A DNA stretch of 64,000 bases from Octopus sinensis (Eukaryota). Below the pieces are notes generated by a model that saw nothing but the letters and a program-made list of their open reading frames with translations, was not told where the DNA came from and searched no databases. Positions 27,568-41,441 of the stretch are shown here, piece by piece (position 1 is the first letter of the stretch; every line of letters starts with the position of its first letter). The stretch covers positions 8,494,001-8,558,000 of the forward strand of contig NC_043000.1 of NCBI RefSeq assembly GCF_006345805.1. Reading direction: 5' to 3'. The position numbers and the translations under genes were made by a program.

Positions 27568-27645
27568 GCGGCTGAAGAAGGCCACAGACGCACATTATGC
27601 ATTGTTATAAATCCGTCTAATAAAGGCCCGAAACATATGTACCGC
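27568..27645 (+). ncRNA. Type I hammerhead ribozyme motif
   Basis: GCGG-CUGAAGA-A GGCC..AGACG..CGUCU..GGCC C-GAAA-CAUAUGU-A^CCGC: 4-bp GC helix I, two-part helix II, palindromic helix III, GUA cleavage triplet (after 27641). Confidence 0.7.
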
Positions 27646-28599
27646 TGAATCCTTGGCATCATGTTTTTATTTTGATTAATTTACTCCACCACCTACACCA
27701 CCAAACGGTATATACAGGTGCTTACAATTATCAAGTACTCACCCCGAATTTCTGTACACAACTCATTAAATATAATGAATAGACGGCCACAATTTATTTC
27801 TTATATCTTTAACCTTTTACTCTTTCTATGTCTGTCTCTCTTTCTGTCTGTCTTTCTGTTTCTCTCTCTCTCACGTGCCTGATTTTCTCCCCATTAGCAC
27901 GTAGCATTTTTCTTCTATTTTGACTTTTGTATGTAAACAAAATAATTACAAACACCAGGTCTGGAGTTTCCCCTATGTTATATCGGGGTCATATGAGACA
28001 TAGAGAATATAAATCTATGAGACAGTATGTCTGCTGAATCGAGTCGTCTGAGAGAAAACGTGTGTGGAAATGACGCAACCAGAACAGAGTCGATGTTAAC
28101 AAAATAAGATGGCTATGGTCAAAAGAGGTTAGAGGAAACTGAGAGAACTGATACATCTATTACCAGAGAAAGAGGAAATAAAAAGAGGAATTATTTCTTG
28201 ATATAAAAACCAGATTGTAAGTGACATGCATAAAATAAGTTTGATTTTGTATGACCTTTAAACATTAGTGGTGAAAGCAGAGAATCTACAGTATTTGGAG
28301 AGAAACGAGTTGTATATGGAACGTTGGGTGTGTTACGTTAATGTACGTTAAAGATGTCTGAGTGCGAAGGAGTTGAGTAGCTGTCTCGCCATTATGGCAG
28401 GATGTTTTGAAAAGGGAACTGACGATCTCAATATGTAAATGGAATGCAAATGGTTTATACATATTTAGTTTTAAAGTGTTGTTATTGGTAAAACATACCA
28501 GTGACGTAAAAGTAATGCAAAGAAGATTCAGTAAAAATAGTTTAGTTTTAAATAATGTTGAACCGCAGAGTTAAGAATGTACAACACTAAAATTAAATT

Positions 28600-31190
28600 T
28601 TGGCACAAGGCCAGCAATTTTAGGAGGAATGGTAAGTCAGTTACATCGATCCCCGTACTCATTTTATCAACTGCTGAAAGGATGGAAGGCAAATACGACC
28701 TCGGCTGAATTTGAACTTAGGACTCCCACAGCCGGAAGAAATGTCGCTCAGCATCTCCGATGCGCTAACGGTTCTGTCAGCTTGCTGTCTACCAATATTG
28801 AAATTAACGAAGGGCAGAAAGAGAAATAAGGTAGAAATTGCCCAACTCAAGTCTGCTTCGAAAAATGCATTAAATTTTTTTTTTGATTTTTAAAATTGAC
28901 CACACATTTTGTGAGAAGAGCATAGTTGATTAAATTGATCCAGTACTTGAATAATATTTTATTTAATCGACCCTGGCATGATGAATGGTAAACTCAATCT
29001 CAAGGGTTTTGATCTTTGAATATGAAAACCACAACAAAATACTTTAACGATTCTGCCATCAAACATTATTTCAATATCCTTAGGGCAACGAGCTAGCAGA
29101 ACCGTTAGCACGCCGTTTTTACGTTCTGGGGTTGACTTTACGTTTCACCTATTCGGAGTCGATAAAATAAATACCAGTTAAGCACGGGGGGATGTAATCC
29201 ACCATCCTTTTTTTGTCAAATTTCAGGCCTTGTACCAATAGAAGAAAGAATTACTTCAATGTTCTTAAGGTGGCGATCTGGCAAAATCGTTAGCGAGTCT
29301 AACAGAACGCTTAGAGGTTTTCCTTCCAGCTTCTTAAGTTCTGAGTTCAAATTCTGTAAGACCCACATTTCAGGGTCGATAAAAAAAATACTACATAAAT
29401 AAATACAACGTGCAATGGGGTCGATGTAATCAAATTGCCCCTTTCTCTCAGAATTGTTGGCCTTGTGTCTATAGTGGAAAGGATTATTATTATTATTATT
29501 ATTATTATTATCACTATTATCATTGCGATTAGGGCGGCGAGTTGGCAGAATCGTTAGACGAAATGCTTGGCGGTATTTCGCCCGTCGCTGCGTTCTGAGA
29601 TCAAATTCAGCCGAGGTCGACTTTGACTTTCATCCTTTCGGGGTCGGTAAAATAAATACCAGTGAAACATTGGGGTCGCTGTAATTCACTAGTCCCCTCC
29701 CCCAAAATTTCAGGTCTTGTGTCTTTAGTAGAAAGGTTTATTGTTATTGCGATGAGCTGGTAGAATCGTTATTTTGTCTTTTGTCTTTTTTGCAAAGTAT
29801 GCAGACATCCATGCAGGTAACAATCGCTGAAAATTCTTCAATTAAAATAGATAAATAAATAGATAAATATCCGATTTCGCCTTGGAAACAGACCATGTGT
29901 CCGCACATTTTTCCTCTTTTGTGTGCTAATTGTAAAATATGCGCGCGTACACAAGCGCACAGCTCCAGTCATAGGCAACCTGTGGCATGCAGGACTTTCT
30001 GACTAACGCGCCTGACGAAAATTCACCTTGAACTTTTTTTTAGTAGTGCGGCTCGCCTGATGATAAACCACGTTTCATGCGGCCCGCTTCTCGAAAGAGG
30101 TTACCCATGCCTGGCTTAGAGGGAACACCGTATGTTGAAGTGGTCATTATTATTGTTGTTGTTAAAGTTCTAGATCAACTCTAATTAGCAGGTTTACGAT
30201 CAAAGTCATTCCAACCGTGACCATCAAGTTTTTTTCCTGCCTACAAGATACCCTAGATCATATCCAACGTGTCACTTTTTAACAAGGCAAGTTGTCATTT
30301 GAATGAACTTTGCCCTTATGTGGTCGCTCGCTCCACTTTTGCCAGCGGAGTGAGCGACTGCATAAAGGCTCTCTCCTTGGTTCATTTAACAGTAGTTGGC
30401 AGAACTGGTAGAGCGTCACGGAAGTGCGTTGCCGTATTTAGTTTTGTTCTTTTACGCTCTAAGTTCAAACCACCAAGGTCAGTTTTGCCTTTCATCCTTC
30501 TGTTGTCGACAAAATAAAGCAGCAGTTAAATATCCACTTCTTCTGCTAATAATTTGAGACGTTGTGCCAATATTACAAATTACTATTATTGTCGTGTGAA
30601 AAGGCGCCGACCTGGAGGAATCGTTAGCACGCCGGGCGAAATGCCCAGCGACATTTCGTCCGGCTTTATGTTCTGAGTTCAAATTCCGCCGAGGTTGACA
30701 TTGCCTTTCATCCTTTCGGGGTCGATAAACTAAGTACCAGCTGAACACTAGGATCGATATAATAGACTAGCATCTACCCCAAGATGTGTCTATAATACAA
30801 AAGATTATTGTCTTGTGAGTAAACCAACAACTGTGTCTTTCTTGGGTCATTTGAAAGTAGACACACAGCGACCCTGTCTCTATTAATGGAGAAACTGATA
30901 TATTTCTAAAACAGCCCAAGGATGGGCTATATTACAATATAGAATGGAAATAAAAGAATGTTCACCTATTGGTTTCAAATTTTGATTAAAGGCCAGCAAT
31001 TTAAGGAAACAGGTAAGTCGATTACGTCTACCCCAGTACTCAACTTGTACTTATTTTATCGATCCCAGAAGAAGGAAAGAAAATGTCGTCCTCGGGGAAA
31101 TTTGAACTAAGAATGTAAAGGCAGTCGAAATGCCGCTAAGCATTTTGCTCGGCAGACGAACGGTTCTGCCAGCTCACTACCTTAATTCCA
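28600..31190. mobile_element. Dense cluster of partial or decayed tRNA-SINE copies in both orientations
   Basis: Cores at about 28600-28800, 29090-29470, 29533-29720, 30470-30760 and 31000-31180. Confidence 0.7.
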
Positions 31191-31699
31191 CGCAATATTA
31201 TGAAGAAATAATTATTTTTTCTGTAATAATTGTCTACTGTAATAATCGCTGTAATAATTGTCCGCTAGGGGACAACCTAAATTATTCTAGTTTGATATTA
31301 ATCAGATGAACTGGCCTTCTCATTTTCATTGGAAATCTTATAGAATAGATGTGTCCCAACTTGACTCAGATACTTTTAGAGTGGATTTAATAAACTGTCA
31401 TTATAATTTTACGCTTCAGGTGAAACTATCATTTGAATTATCGGAGGAGTTGGGAAGGCATCGAAGAGAAATACTTTGAAGATATAAAACCGAGATGCTG
31501 TTTATCCTCAGGGTAGTTCTGACTAAGATTTTCATTCCTGTTTTTCTTTTTTTATTCAGGGGGTTTGCATCCGGGGCCACAGTATTAAATGCGCCATTTT
31601 TTTCAAAGACGGTAGGGTGATGTGATACAAAGGTATAGATCGTATTTCCAGATGTTAAAGCTGTACCAGATTATCCCTGAAATTGTGGGGTTTTGTCTG

Positions 31700-32230
31700 C
31701 ATAACTGATGAAGCATATCAGCACAGAAACACATCTTACGATCCGATGACATCCTTCGTATTCTGATGGCGTGTTTTTCATACATATCATCTATAAGAAA
31801 ATTTCTTTCCAGTCTTTAGAGACAGTTTTCGTATTGGAGGTTTCCACACGTTTCAGTGTACACGAGCTTGTTAAAGATTGCTATACACACCTATTTTCAA
31901 ATCATCGCTATTTAGCGTGCCTCTAGTTAATTAATTCCAGGTTGAAAACGCTTTGCATACATCACCAAATACTTATTTGTTATTTAAATATAAAAACCGC
32001 AGTTTTTAGAACGCTTTGAACGACGAATTCGGTGCCCGTATCTGATGAAGTGTAACGATGCAGAAACACGTGTCCAATGACATAATTCATAACCAAGTAT
32101 TTTGTTTTTCTTACTCATCCTCTTCAAAAACAATTTTGGCAACGGAGGTTTTTCCGCGTTTGAGTTTACACGAACGTATTGAATTTATTTTAATAATAGC
32201 TACTTAATGTACCTCTAATTAATTATCAGA
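31700..32230 (+). repeat. Two diverged tandem units (about 337-nt period), each with an HHR core
   Basis: CUGAUGA at 31705 and 32042, each followed by GAAACAC and a similar downstream segment (TCCRATGACAT...TGTTTTTC...GGAGGTTT..CGTTT..GT.TACACGA). Confidence 0.55.
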
Positions 32231-32414
32231 CCTATGAGTAAAGGCATTCTAGCCATGACCGTTCCGTCGCTTTAAGAGATATCAAGGACTACATATCCTA
32301 ATCTATTTCCTTCTCCTTTTTATAACGTCTGAGATTTGAAAATAATCTACCTTCTATTTCAAACAGGTCGAACATCCACTTGGATGTTCCTTTGGATATT
32401 AGAGGACATTAGTG

Positions 32415-32645
32415 AAGGCGGCGAGCTGGCAGACACGTTAGCAAGCCGGGCGAAATGCTTAGCAGTATTTCGTCTGCCGTTACGCTCTGAGTTCAAATTC
32501 CGCCGAGGTCGACTTTGCCTTTCATCCTTTCGGGGTCGATTAAATAAGTACCAGTTACGCACTGAGGTCGATCTAATCGACTTAATCCCTTTGTCTGTCC
32601 TCGTTTGTCCCCTCTATGTTTAGCCCCTTGTGGGCAACAAAGAAA
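32415..32645 (+). mobile_element. tRNA-derived SINE, full copy
   Basis: Head GGCGGCGAGCTGGCAG, B-box GAGTTCAAATTCC, tail CCCCTTGTGGG..AAAGAAAT. Confidence 0.9.
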
Positions 32646-33359
32646 TATATTAGAGAATATTCATTGAGTCGCTGTAGTACTTTGGCCATCTGCGGTGGAC
32701 TCTCCTGTCGTAAAAATGACAGATGAGGGTTCCGCAACTTCTTGCTGCACAATCTGCACAAATGATTTGTTGATAGTGATCGAATGCTTGTGCCGCGCAA
32801 TGCTCACTCCCTCCCTCAAATTGGCATTGCCTGTATGGGTTCACTGTGTTTTCCAAACGTCAAATGTCGCAGTGATCGCAGAGCAACGTGAAATGAAGCC
32901 TTTCGTTCAAGAATACAATGCACCCACCTGTTCCGGGAATCGAAACTCAAATCTTTCGATTGTGAGTGTAACATCCAATTCACTCGGCCATGTGCTGTCT
33001 CGCTTTGAATACGAATAAGTGCAATAATTCTGTCTTAAATAGATGATCCAGTTTTTACTAATTTGTTTTAACTCTAGCAAAATTACAAAGATAACATTTT
33101 CTTAATTATTGTTTGCTTTTATCTGGGAGACGTCTGTGAACAATTTATTCACAAAACTATTCTATTTAATCCTGTTTTCCTACGCCAACTAATTAACAAT
33201 TTTGTAAATTTCCTTAAAGGCTTCTTTCTCATTATTTCATCAAACATAGGAACGACTGCTACTCTTATGTTGTTATGAAAACTTCAAAACAAATCTGGAA
33301 TTTTCTCCAGAGAAAATGAAATTTAATATCAATTATTGCCTAATTTTATAATATTAACA

Positions 33360-33945
33360 TTAGGCTGGACCAAAAGTTCGTACCATTTCTGATGTAAAAT
33401 TCAGTAACCATATTTAGATATTTGTATATACCTTTATTCAACCACATATGTCTTATTTTGTTCCATTACCGTTTGCCATCCTTGAGGCAGCTTCATGACC
33501 CCATCCTCTCAGAACTTGACATCTTTCTGGGTCATGAACTGGTCTAAGTGATTTTTATAATCTTCCAAAGAATTGAAGTCCTTCTCTTTAAGAGAAATTT
33601 TTCAGGGATCAAAATGAACAGTAATCCAAAGGTGCAAGGCCGGATGAGTACAATGGGGATGGTAGGACATCCCAGTCAAGCGGTTCTAGTTTCTACTGGA
33701 TCGGTAAGGTAACATGAAATATAGCGTTGTCCTGAGGGTAGATGACACTCTTCTAATTGGTCATTTCGGAATGTTTTCATTGATTGCCCCCCTTTAATCA
33801 GTCTAATAATGAATAATAATTGTCTGAGTACGATTGATTTTACTGAAGGAACTCGTAATAAGCAGTGCCCTTCCAGTCCCACCAGATAGAGAGCATCACC
33901 TTCTTCTGATATTGACCGGCTTTTGGTAAGAATACCATCGCTGGG
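33360..33945 (-). mobile_element. Mariner transposase 3' relic with one TIR
   Basis: KKVMLSIWWDWKG..YYE, WDVLPSPLYSSGLAP.DY (decayed YSPDLAPSD), KF.EDGVMKLPQGWQ. TIR-like TTAGGCTGGACCAAAAGT at 33360. Confidence 0.8.
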
Positions 33946-33949
33946 ATTT

Positions 33950-36532
33950 CCTTATTGCAAGCCAAAATGCGGAGCTACACAAGAAGCACCTACTAACTCT
34001 TTTTGATAGACTGGAACAGTATGGTCAAGTAATCAATCCAACCAAGTGTGTTCTTGTGGTTACAGAGATCGACTTCTTGGGGCATCGAATCACAGGTGCT
34101 GGTACTCCACCCTGCCAGAAAAAGCGAAAGTTATCTTTTCCAAGCTTCACCACAAGCAAGGCTCTACACCGATTTCTGGTCATAGTAAACTTTTACTGAT
34201 TCTTTATTACCCACAAGGGGCTAAACACAGAGGGGACAAACAAAGACAGACATAGGTATTAAGTCGATTACATCGACCCCAGTGCGGAACTGGTACTTAA
34301 TTTATCGACCACGAAAGGATGAAAGGCAAAGTCGACCTGGGCGGAATTTGAACTCACAACGTAACGACAGACGAAATACCGCTAAGCATTTCATCCGGCG
34401 TGCTAACGTTTCTGCCAGCTCGCCGTCTTTGGTCATAGTAAACTTTTACCATCGCTTTATCCCTTCTGTAGCAAGAGTGATGAGACTCCTATACCAAGCA
34501 CTACCAAAAGTTGGTTCAAAAAGACAGGTGGAGTGGGATGGTGCAATGACCTCAGCCTTTAAACCCACAAAACAAGCTCGCGCTAAAGCAGCCATGCTGT
34601 CCCATCCTCATATGTCGACTCGGACTGCACTCACAGTCGATGCCTCCTACACAACCATTGGAGGTGTTTTGGAACAACGCTTCAACGGTCAATGTCGACC
34701 ACTTGCCTTCTTCATTCGGCGACAACAACATCCTTAGCAGAAATACAGTGCTTTTGACAGGAAACTGGTAACTGTCAATCTAGGTGTCCACCGCTTTCGC
34801 TATTTTCTTGAAGGCTGCACGTTTACAGTGTTTACAGACCACAAACCCCTCACATTTGCTATGAGCAAGCTCTCAGAGCCTTGGACTGCACGCCAGCAAC
34901 GACTGCTATCGGCCATTTCTGAGTACACCACGGACATCCAACACATAACTGGAAAAGGCAACCTAGTCGCCGACGCACTCCCTCGTGCCGCTGCCTGCTC
35001 TCACTCCTACCTAGCCCTAATAACTGAAGGCCTGGATTATGAGGCTATGGCTGCACCCGACAGACAGATGTCGAGAACAGGTCCTACCACTCTGCCATCA
35101 CATCACATTCCTTGCAGGATATGCACTTTGGCTCCAACGGCACAACCCTACTGTGTGATGTATCCACTGGAAAGCCACGACCGATCGTCCTATTAGCCTA
35201 TCACAGGAAGGTTTTCGACATCATTCGCGGGATGTCCCACCCAGGTACTAGAGCCACACAGTGCTTCTTGTCAAGCAAATTTATATGGCACAGCATGGCC
35301 AAGCAAATTGGGGAGTGGAACCAAAACCTGCATCCTCTGACAGCATGCCAAGGTCCATCAGCACACCAAAGCACCTCTCGGCAAGCTATGAACCACCACA
35401 GGCCCATTTCAACTACGTCAACATTGATCTTGTCGACCCCTTAACATCTTCACGTGGTTGATCGTATCTACTGACCTTGGGAGAGACCGCTACACTCGTT
35501 GGCCTGAAGTTATCCCACTCCGCAGCACGGAAACACAAGAAGTCAGCCGAGCCTTCATCACAAACTGGGTCGCCCGTTTAGGCGTCCCAGACAGCATCAC
35601 ATCCGTTCGAGGTCCACAATTCACCTCAAAGCTGTGGAATGACATGTGTGACCTTTTTAGAATTACAATGAGGGACAACAACCTACCATCCACAGGCCAA
35701 CGAGTGAGTTGAGATATTTCAGCGTCGCCTGAAGGAATCCCTGACAACCAGACTTAACGGGACCATTGGATCGATAAACTTCCATGGGTGATGCTGGGAA
35801 TCTGCAACGCCCCAAAGGAAAATCTCAAAACTTCTGCGGAAATGGTGTATGGTGCCCCTCTTACAGTGCCAGGAGAGTTCCCTCCGAACGCGAAGTCAGA
35901 CCCGAATGTCAAAAGGTACCTCGCACAAGTGAGAGACAGTGTGGGCCAGTTGCGCCCTTCTCCCATGTCAACACATGGTACACGTAGATCATCCGTACCA
36001 GAGGACCTCCGCACGGCTAACCTTGTGTTTTTTAGACGTAACACCCAACGAAAACATCCTCAGTCACCCTACGATGGGCCATATGAAGTCATATGTCCGG
36101 GAGACAATATATTTCCAATTCCTAATTGGCGGATTACATGACACAATTTCCATCGATAGGTTGAAACCCGCCCATCTCGATATTGACAACCCCGTCCAAG
36201 TAGTTCAACCACCAAACAAGGGTCATCCCAAGCAAATCACATCTTGGCGGCAAGGAACAGTCACCAAACAGCCGAGTAACGACACGCATAGGCAGGGCAT
36301 TTAAAACGCCTTTCCGGTTCCAATGACAGTCAACAGTTCTGGTAGGGAGCTATATGTAGGGCATTGCCCAAGGATTTATGACGAACTGTAGAAAGAAACT
36401 TCGCTGCGGGCTAGTTAGGGAGCTGGTCTGCGGTGAAGTCGAGTTCCGGTTAAGCGGACTTTCTATTAAATAGGAGCTGACTGGCGGCTGTCGCCCTTGT
36501 GAATTTAACTGATTAAATCTTTCGTTAACACA
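33950..36532 (+). mobile_element. Ty3/Gypsy LTR-retrotransposon relic (RT end, RNase H, integrase, PPT, 3' LTR)
   Basis: INPTKC..IDFLGH, VNFYHRFIP, LTVDAS..IGGVLEQ, FTDHKPL, NLVADAL, RYTRWPEVIPL, GPQFTSKLW, PYDGPYEV, ISIDRLKPA; many stops and frameshifts. Purine-rich tract at 36341-36350, then TGTAGG...AACA(CA) at 36355-36532 with ATTAAA. Confidence 0.9.
34197..34429 (-). mobile_element. tRNA-derived SINE inserted in Gypsy pol with 20-bp TSD
   Basis: TSD TGGTCATAGTAAACTTTTAC at 34177-34196 and 34430-34449. Confidence 0.92.
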
Positions 36533-36603
36533 ATCTGGGTCTCCGTTATTTTTTTTGTGTACAGCTTAACTAAAGCTATAATGTCACCTTTCATAAAAAT
36601 ATC

Positions 36604-36684
<81 letters not shown>

Positions 36685-36685
<1 letters not shown>

Positions 36686-36941
36686 ACTTGACCCTGTTAT
36701 CTCCCCTACTGTCCCTCTCGCGTCTGACCACTGTCCGAAGTCAGGACGCCATGATAGATCGTAGCTCCTACACGCATTTTTTTCTCTCCTTGTTTTTTTT
36801 CTGTGTATCTTTCTGTCGAAGAGCGTAGGCTCGAAACGTAAAAGACTTTTTCTATTTCTATTCCTGACCGCTATACTAATACATTTGTTTGTTTGTACTC
36901 CACCTGCCTTCGTCTTTTGTTTATTTTCGTAAACTTTCCCG

Positions 36942-36945
<4 letters not shown>
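36685..36945 (+). mobile_element. PLE-terminus-like short element with minimal HHR-like motif (36808-36845)
   Basis: UCUUU CUGUCGA A GAGC GUAG GCUC GAAAC GUA AAAGA; between (TA)n arrays. Confidence 0.55.
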
Positions 36946-36978
<33 letters not shown>

Positions 36979-36993
36979 GTGTGTGTGTGTGTG

Positions 36994-37038
<45 letters not shown>

Positions 37039-37839
37039 ACCTGAGATGAGAGACAAGATTACGTGTTTAAACGCTCCCGGTTGAAAAACGGTACAAACTT
37101 TTGCTCCAACCCTATATTTTTAGTTAACCCGTATCAGATATGTTAACAGCGTTAACATGACACTTGTGTTGACTTAACACTAACTCAACTGCATATAATT
37201 ATTTTTACTTAGCCTGTATCAAATATATTAATACTAACCTAGTTAACTGCTATTCGGTCTGGTATTTTTACTATGTGGCCTATATTGTCTTATAGTTACA
37301 GAAAATAACGTCTTTTGGGGAATAAAGAGAAAAAAAAGCAACAACAAAACAAAAGCACAAATAACTGAATATAAAGTCATGTTTTATTACAATTCATAAA
37401 TTATTCCAAAACGTCTTTCAAGGCCTTTTTCGGTCTTAAGTTCGGTGGAGTTATTATTATTGATAAATATATTAGATATTTGTTTCTTTATGATGTATTC
37501 CTCCTTCTGAAATGAATACGTCAACAATATCAATGAATTTTCCGAGTCAACAAGACACCTCTGCGTAGTCATTCAGTTTGCTAGAAATAATCACCAAATC
37601 TCTTTCAAACAACATTCAACTGTCTTTAAGACAAAAAGACACATCAGATAATGTAATCTTCGACAGACAACACATTACGTCACAGCTTGAGAGCATCTAA
37701 CAGACCTTCTCAGTGTTGGATCTGGCACTAAATGACGACAACCATTAATTCCTTTACATATATATATATAAACGATAAACTTGGAAATAGATACGTGGCG
37801 TTCAATCATATAATAATATAAATAATATATATATATATG

Positions 37840-37993
<154 letters not shown>

Positions 37994-38264
37994 TGTATGG
38001 GTACAGAACGTCACAAAACGTAAACAACATGAAATACGGAGACAAATTTGGGTATGCAAACAACGAAACAAATGGAAGGCAACACAAGTAACAATTGTCG
38101 TTAAATGCTCGAAATGAGGAGTAGATAGACAGCCGACAACTCATGAAGGATCATCCTTCATGTTACTTGTCTTGTTTTCCATTTTCTTCTCTCGTTGTTT
38201 GCATACCCATATTCGTCTTCATATTTCATGTTGTTTACCCTTTGTGACGTCCTATATCCATATA

Positions 38265-38377
<113 letters not shown>

Positions 38378-38434
38378 GATATATAGATATATTTAAAAAA
38401 GGAGATGTGGAACACGAGTTGTGATATATAAAAA

Positions 38435-39005
38435 AAGGAAATGAAGAAAATGCTGACAAAATAATTTAAGTAAGTGAGAGTGTATTTAATTAGGTGAAAG
38501 TTCTTTTTTTAAACAAAAAAAGAGAAAAATTGGGTTAGAATACAATGTTCATTTTTTGTGAATGATTTCAGTGTATAAGAAAAAGTAAGAGTCTTTTACA
38601 GTGTTCTGTTTGAGAATAAGATATTTAGTAAAAGCGTGTTTTATACAGTTTTTTGTGGAAAAGTTCAATGTCAGATTTCAGTGTAGAATAAAAAAAAGTA
38701 AGAGTTTACCGGTTGCACATTTGTTATGCTTATCAAAAGATATTTTGAGTGACATAGAGTTCCTTTCTTATTGGTTTTTTTTCTCTTATCTGAGATAGGA
38801 GAAAAAAACCAATACTAAATATCTTATTCTCAAACAGAACACTGTAAAAGACTCTTACTTTTTCTTATACACTGAAATCATTCACAAAAAATGAACATTG
38901 TATTCTAACCCAATTTTTCTCTTTTTTTGTTTAAAAAAAGAACTTTCACCTAATTAAATACACTCTCCCTTACTTAAATTATTTTGTCAGCATATTCTTC
39001 ATTTC

Positions 39006-39010
<5 letters not shown>
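38435..39010. repeat. Long near-perfect inverted repeat (about 195-bp arms)
   Basis: About 38435-38630 is the reverse complement of about 38814-39010; an internal hairpin lies at about 38770-38815. Confidence 0.9.
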
Positions 39011-39053
<43 letters not shown>

Positions 39054-39374
39054 GACATACGATATACTTACATATACAAACGTATACATACATACATATA
39101 AATGCACGTATGCACACGACCACTTTAAATTACCCGCCTAAAACACCTCATGCGATATGGTCAGAATACCACCGAAATGAATATGATGACGAAATAAGTA
39201 TATAAATATATATAAGCTGGTATTCTGATCATATCGCACGAGTAGTTTTAGGCGGGCAATTTAAACTGGTCGTGTGCATACGTGCATATATATGTATGTA
39301 TGTATACGTTCGTATATGTAAGTATATAGTATGTTGTATATACATATATTTGTATTTATGTGCTTTCTGAGTAT

Positions 39375-39433
39375 ATTCCACTGATGAAGGCTGAGCATTT
39401 CTTATGCAGAGCCAGAAATCCAGGATCTTGAAT
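39375..39433 (+). ncRNA. Type I hammerhead ribozyme motif
   Basis: AUUCCA-CUGAUGA-A GGCU GA GCAU..AUGC AG AGCC A-GAAA-UCC A GGAU-C^UUGAAU; helix I 5/6 pairs. Confidence 0.6.
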
Positions 39434-39670
39434 TATCCAGTAATTTTATTGTTAGTTTATTTTGTCTCTTTCTCTTCTCTCGTAGTACTGTATGTACATT
39501 TAATGTGGTTTTAGAGTCAAGTTTTGGCTGCTTTTTCCAGCGTGGTGGTATCTCTTAGATCTCCTAAATTATAATTTTAAATAATTATTACCTTTGAAGG
39601 TTTTTATTTCCATGCTGGCCACCTGATAAGATCGGTATTTAAATATCCTTATATATAAATTTATATATAT

Positions 39671-39737
<67 letters not shown>

Positions 39738-40054
39738 GTGTGGTGTGTGTGTGTGTGTGTGTGTTGTGTGTGTTTGTATGCGTGTCTTTGTGTCTGTTTG
39801 TACCCCCATCATCGCTTAACAAGAGGTTTTGGTGTGTTTACGTCCCCGTAACTTAGCGGTTTGGCAAAAGACCGATAGAATAAATACCAGGGTTTAAAAA
39901 ATAACTACTGGGGAGTAGATTCATTCGACTAAAAGAAAAAAAATTCAAGGCGGTGCCCCAGCATGGCAGCTGTCTATTGGCTGAAGCAAGTAAAAGAAAA
40001 AGATAAAATATATATGTATGTATACAGACACACACACACGTAAGATCATATTTT

Positions 40055-40278
40055 ATTTCTTTACTACCCACAAGGGGCTAAACACAGAGGGGGACGAACA
40101 AGGACAGAGAAACAGATTATATCGACCCCAGTGCGTAACTGGTACTTATTTAATCGACCCCGAAAGGACGAAAGGCAAAGTCGACCTCGGCGGAATTTGA
40201 ACTCAGGAAGTAGCGACAGACGAAATGCTGCTGAGCATTTCGCCCGGCGTGCTAACGTTTCTGCCAGCTCGCCGCCTT
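40055..40278 (-). mobile_element. tRNA-derived SINE
   Basis: Family match to the 541-768 copy. Confidence 0.85.
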
Positions 40279-40986
40279 TGTAATACCATATTCAACTACC
40301 ATTCATATATTCAAAGCGTGAAACAATATTCCTTCCCATATTGTCTGAACAAGCCTCGAGTCAGCCTTGATTGAACAGAACAATGACAAAATGCATTCGT
40401 ACTGTAACATTCATTGTATTAGTTCTTCCTCTTACTATGACAGTAGCAATTTAAGGAAATTTAGGTGTTTATTTCTCGCAAGCCGTTCCACCATTTACAG
40501 ACCGCTCTGTTGATTCGTCATATACTTTTATCTGTACATATGTATTTGTTTTCAAATAATTTTGTTTGCCTAAATTAGCTCATGTGCAACAATACAAAGA
40601 TGGTGTGACGATGCATATATAAATATTTCGGTATATACAGCATAAGCATGTTGTAAATGTAATGTTTGTTGTCAAAACTGATCCCAACACAGCTGGATTG
40701 TATATATTTCCATCTATATGCTTCTAAGTATATGTTTGTGTGAGTATACATGTTTTCATGGCGTATGTATGTATGTGAATTTCAAATCCTTTCCAAGATG
40801 TTTTCTACATATAGTCGTAGGAATGGTTGTGTGGTAAGTAGTTTGCTTACCAACCACATGGTTCTGGGTTCAGTCCCACTGCGTGGCACCTTGGGCAAGT
40901 GTCTTCCACTGTAGCCTCGGGCCGATCAAAGCCTTGTGAGTAGATTTGGTAGACGGAAACTGAAAGAAGCCCGTCGTATATATGTA

Positions 40987-41059
<73 letters not shown>

Positions 41060-41396
41060 GTGTGTGTGTGTGGTGTGTGTGTGTGTGTGGTGTGTGTGTG
41101 TGTGTCTGTGTCTGTGTTTGTCCCCCAACATCGATTGACAATTGATGCTGGTGTGTTTACGTCCCCGTAACTTAGCAGTTCGGCAAAAGAGACCGATAGA
41201 ATAAGTACTAGGCTTACAAAGTATAAGTCCTGGGGTCGATTTGTTCGGCTAAAGGCGGTGCTCCAGGATGGCCACAGTCAAATGACTGAAACAAGTAAAA
41301 GAGTACATATACAACATACAGGTGAGAAATAGTGAGATTCAGAAGTGGTGACAAAGAGACGGAGGTACATATACATATGTGAACATATATGTGTGC

Positions 41397-41441
<45 letters not shown>

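Noticed and set aside
31415-31512. Possible plus-strand exon (ttcag|GTG...CAG|ggtag)
   Set aside because: All three frames hit stops and there are no partner exons.
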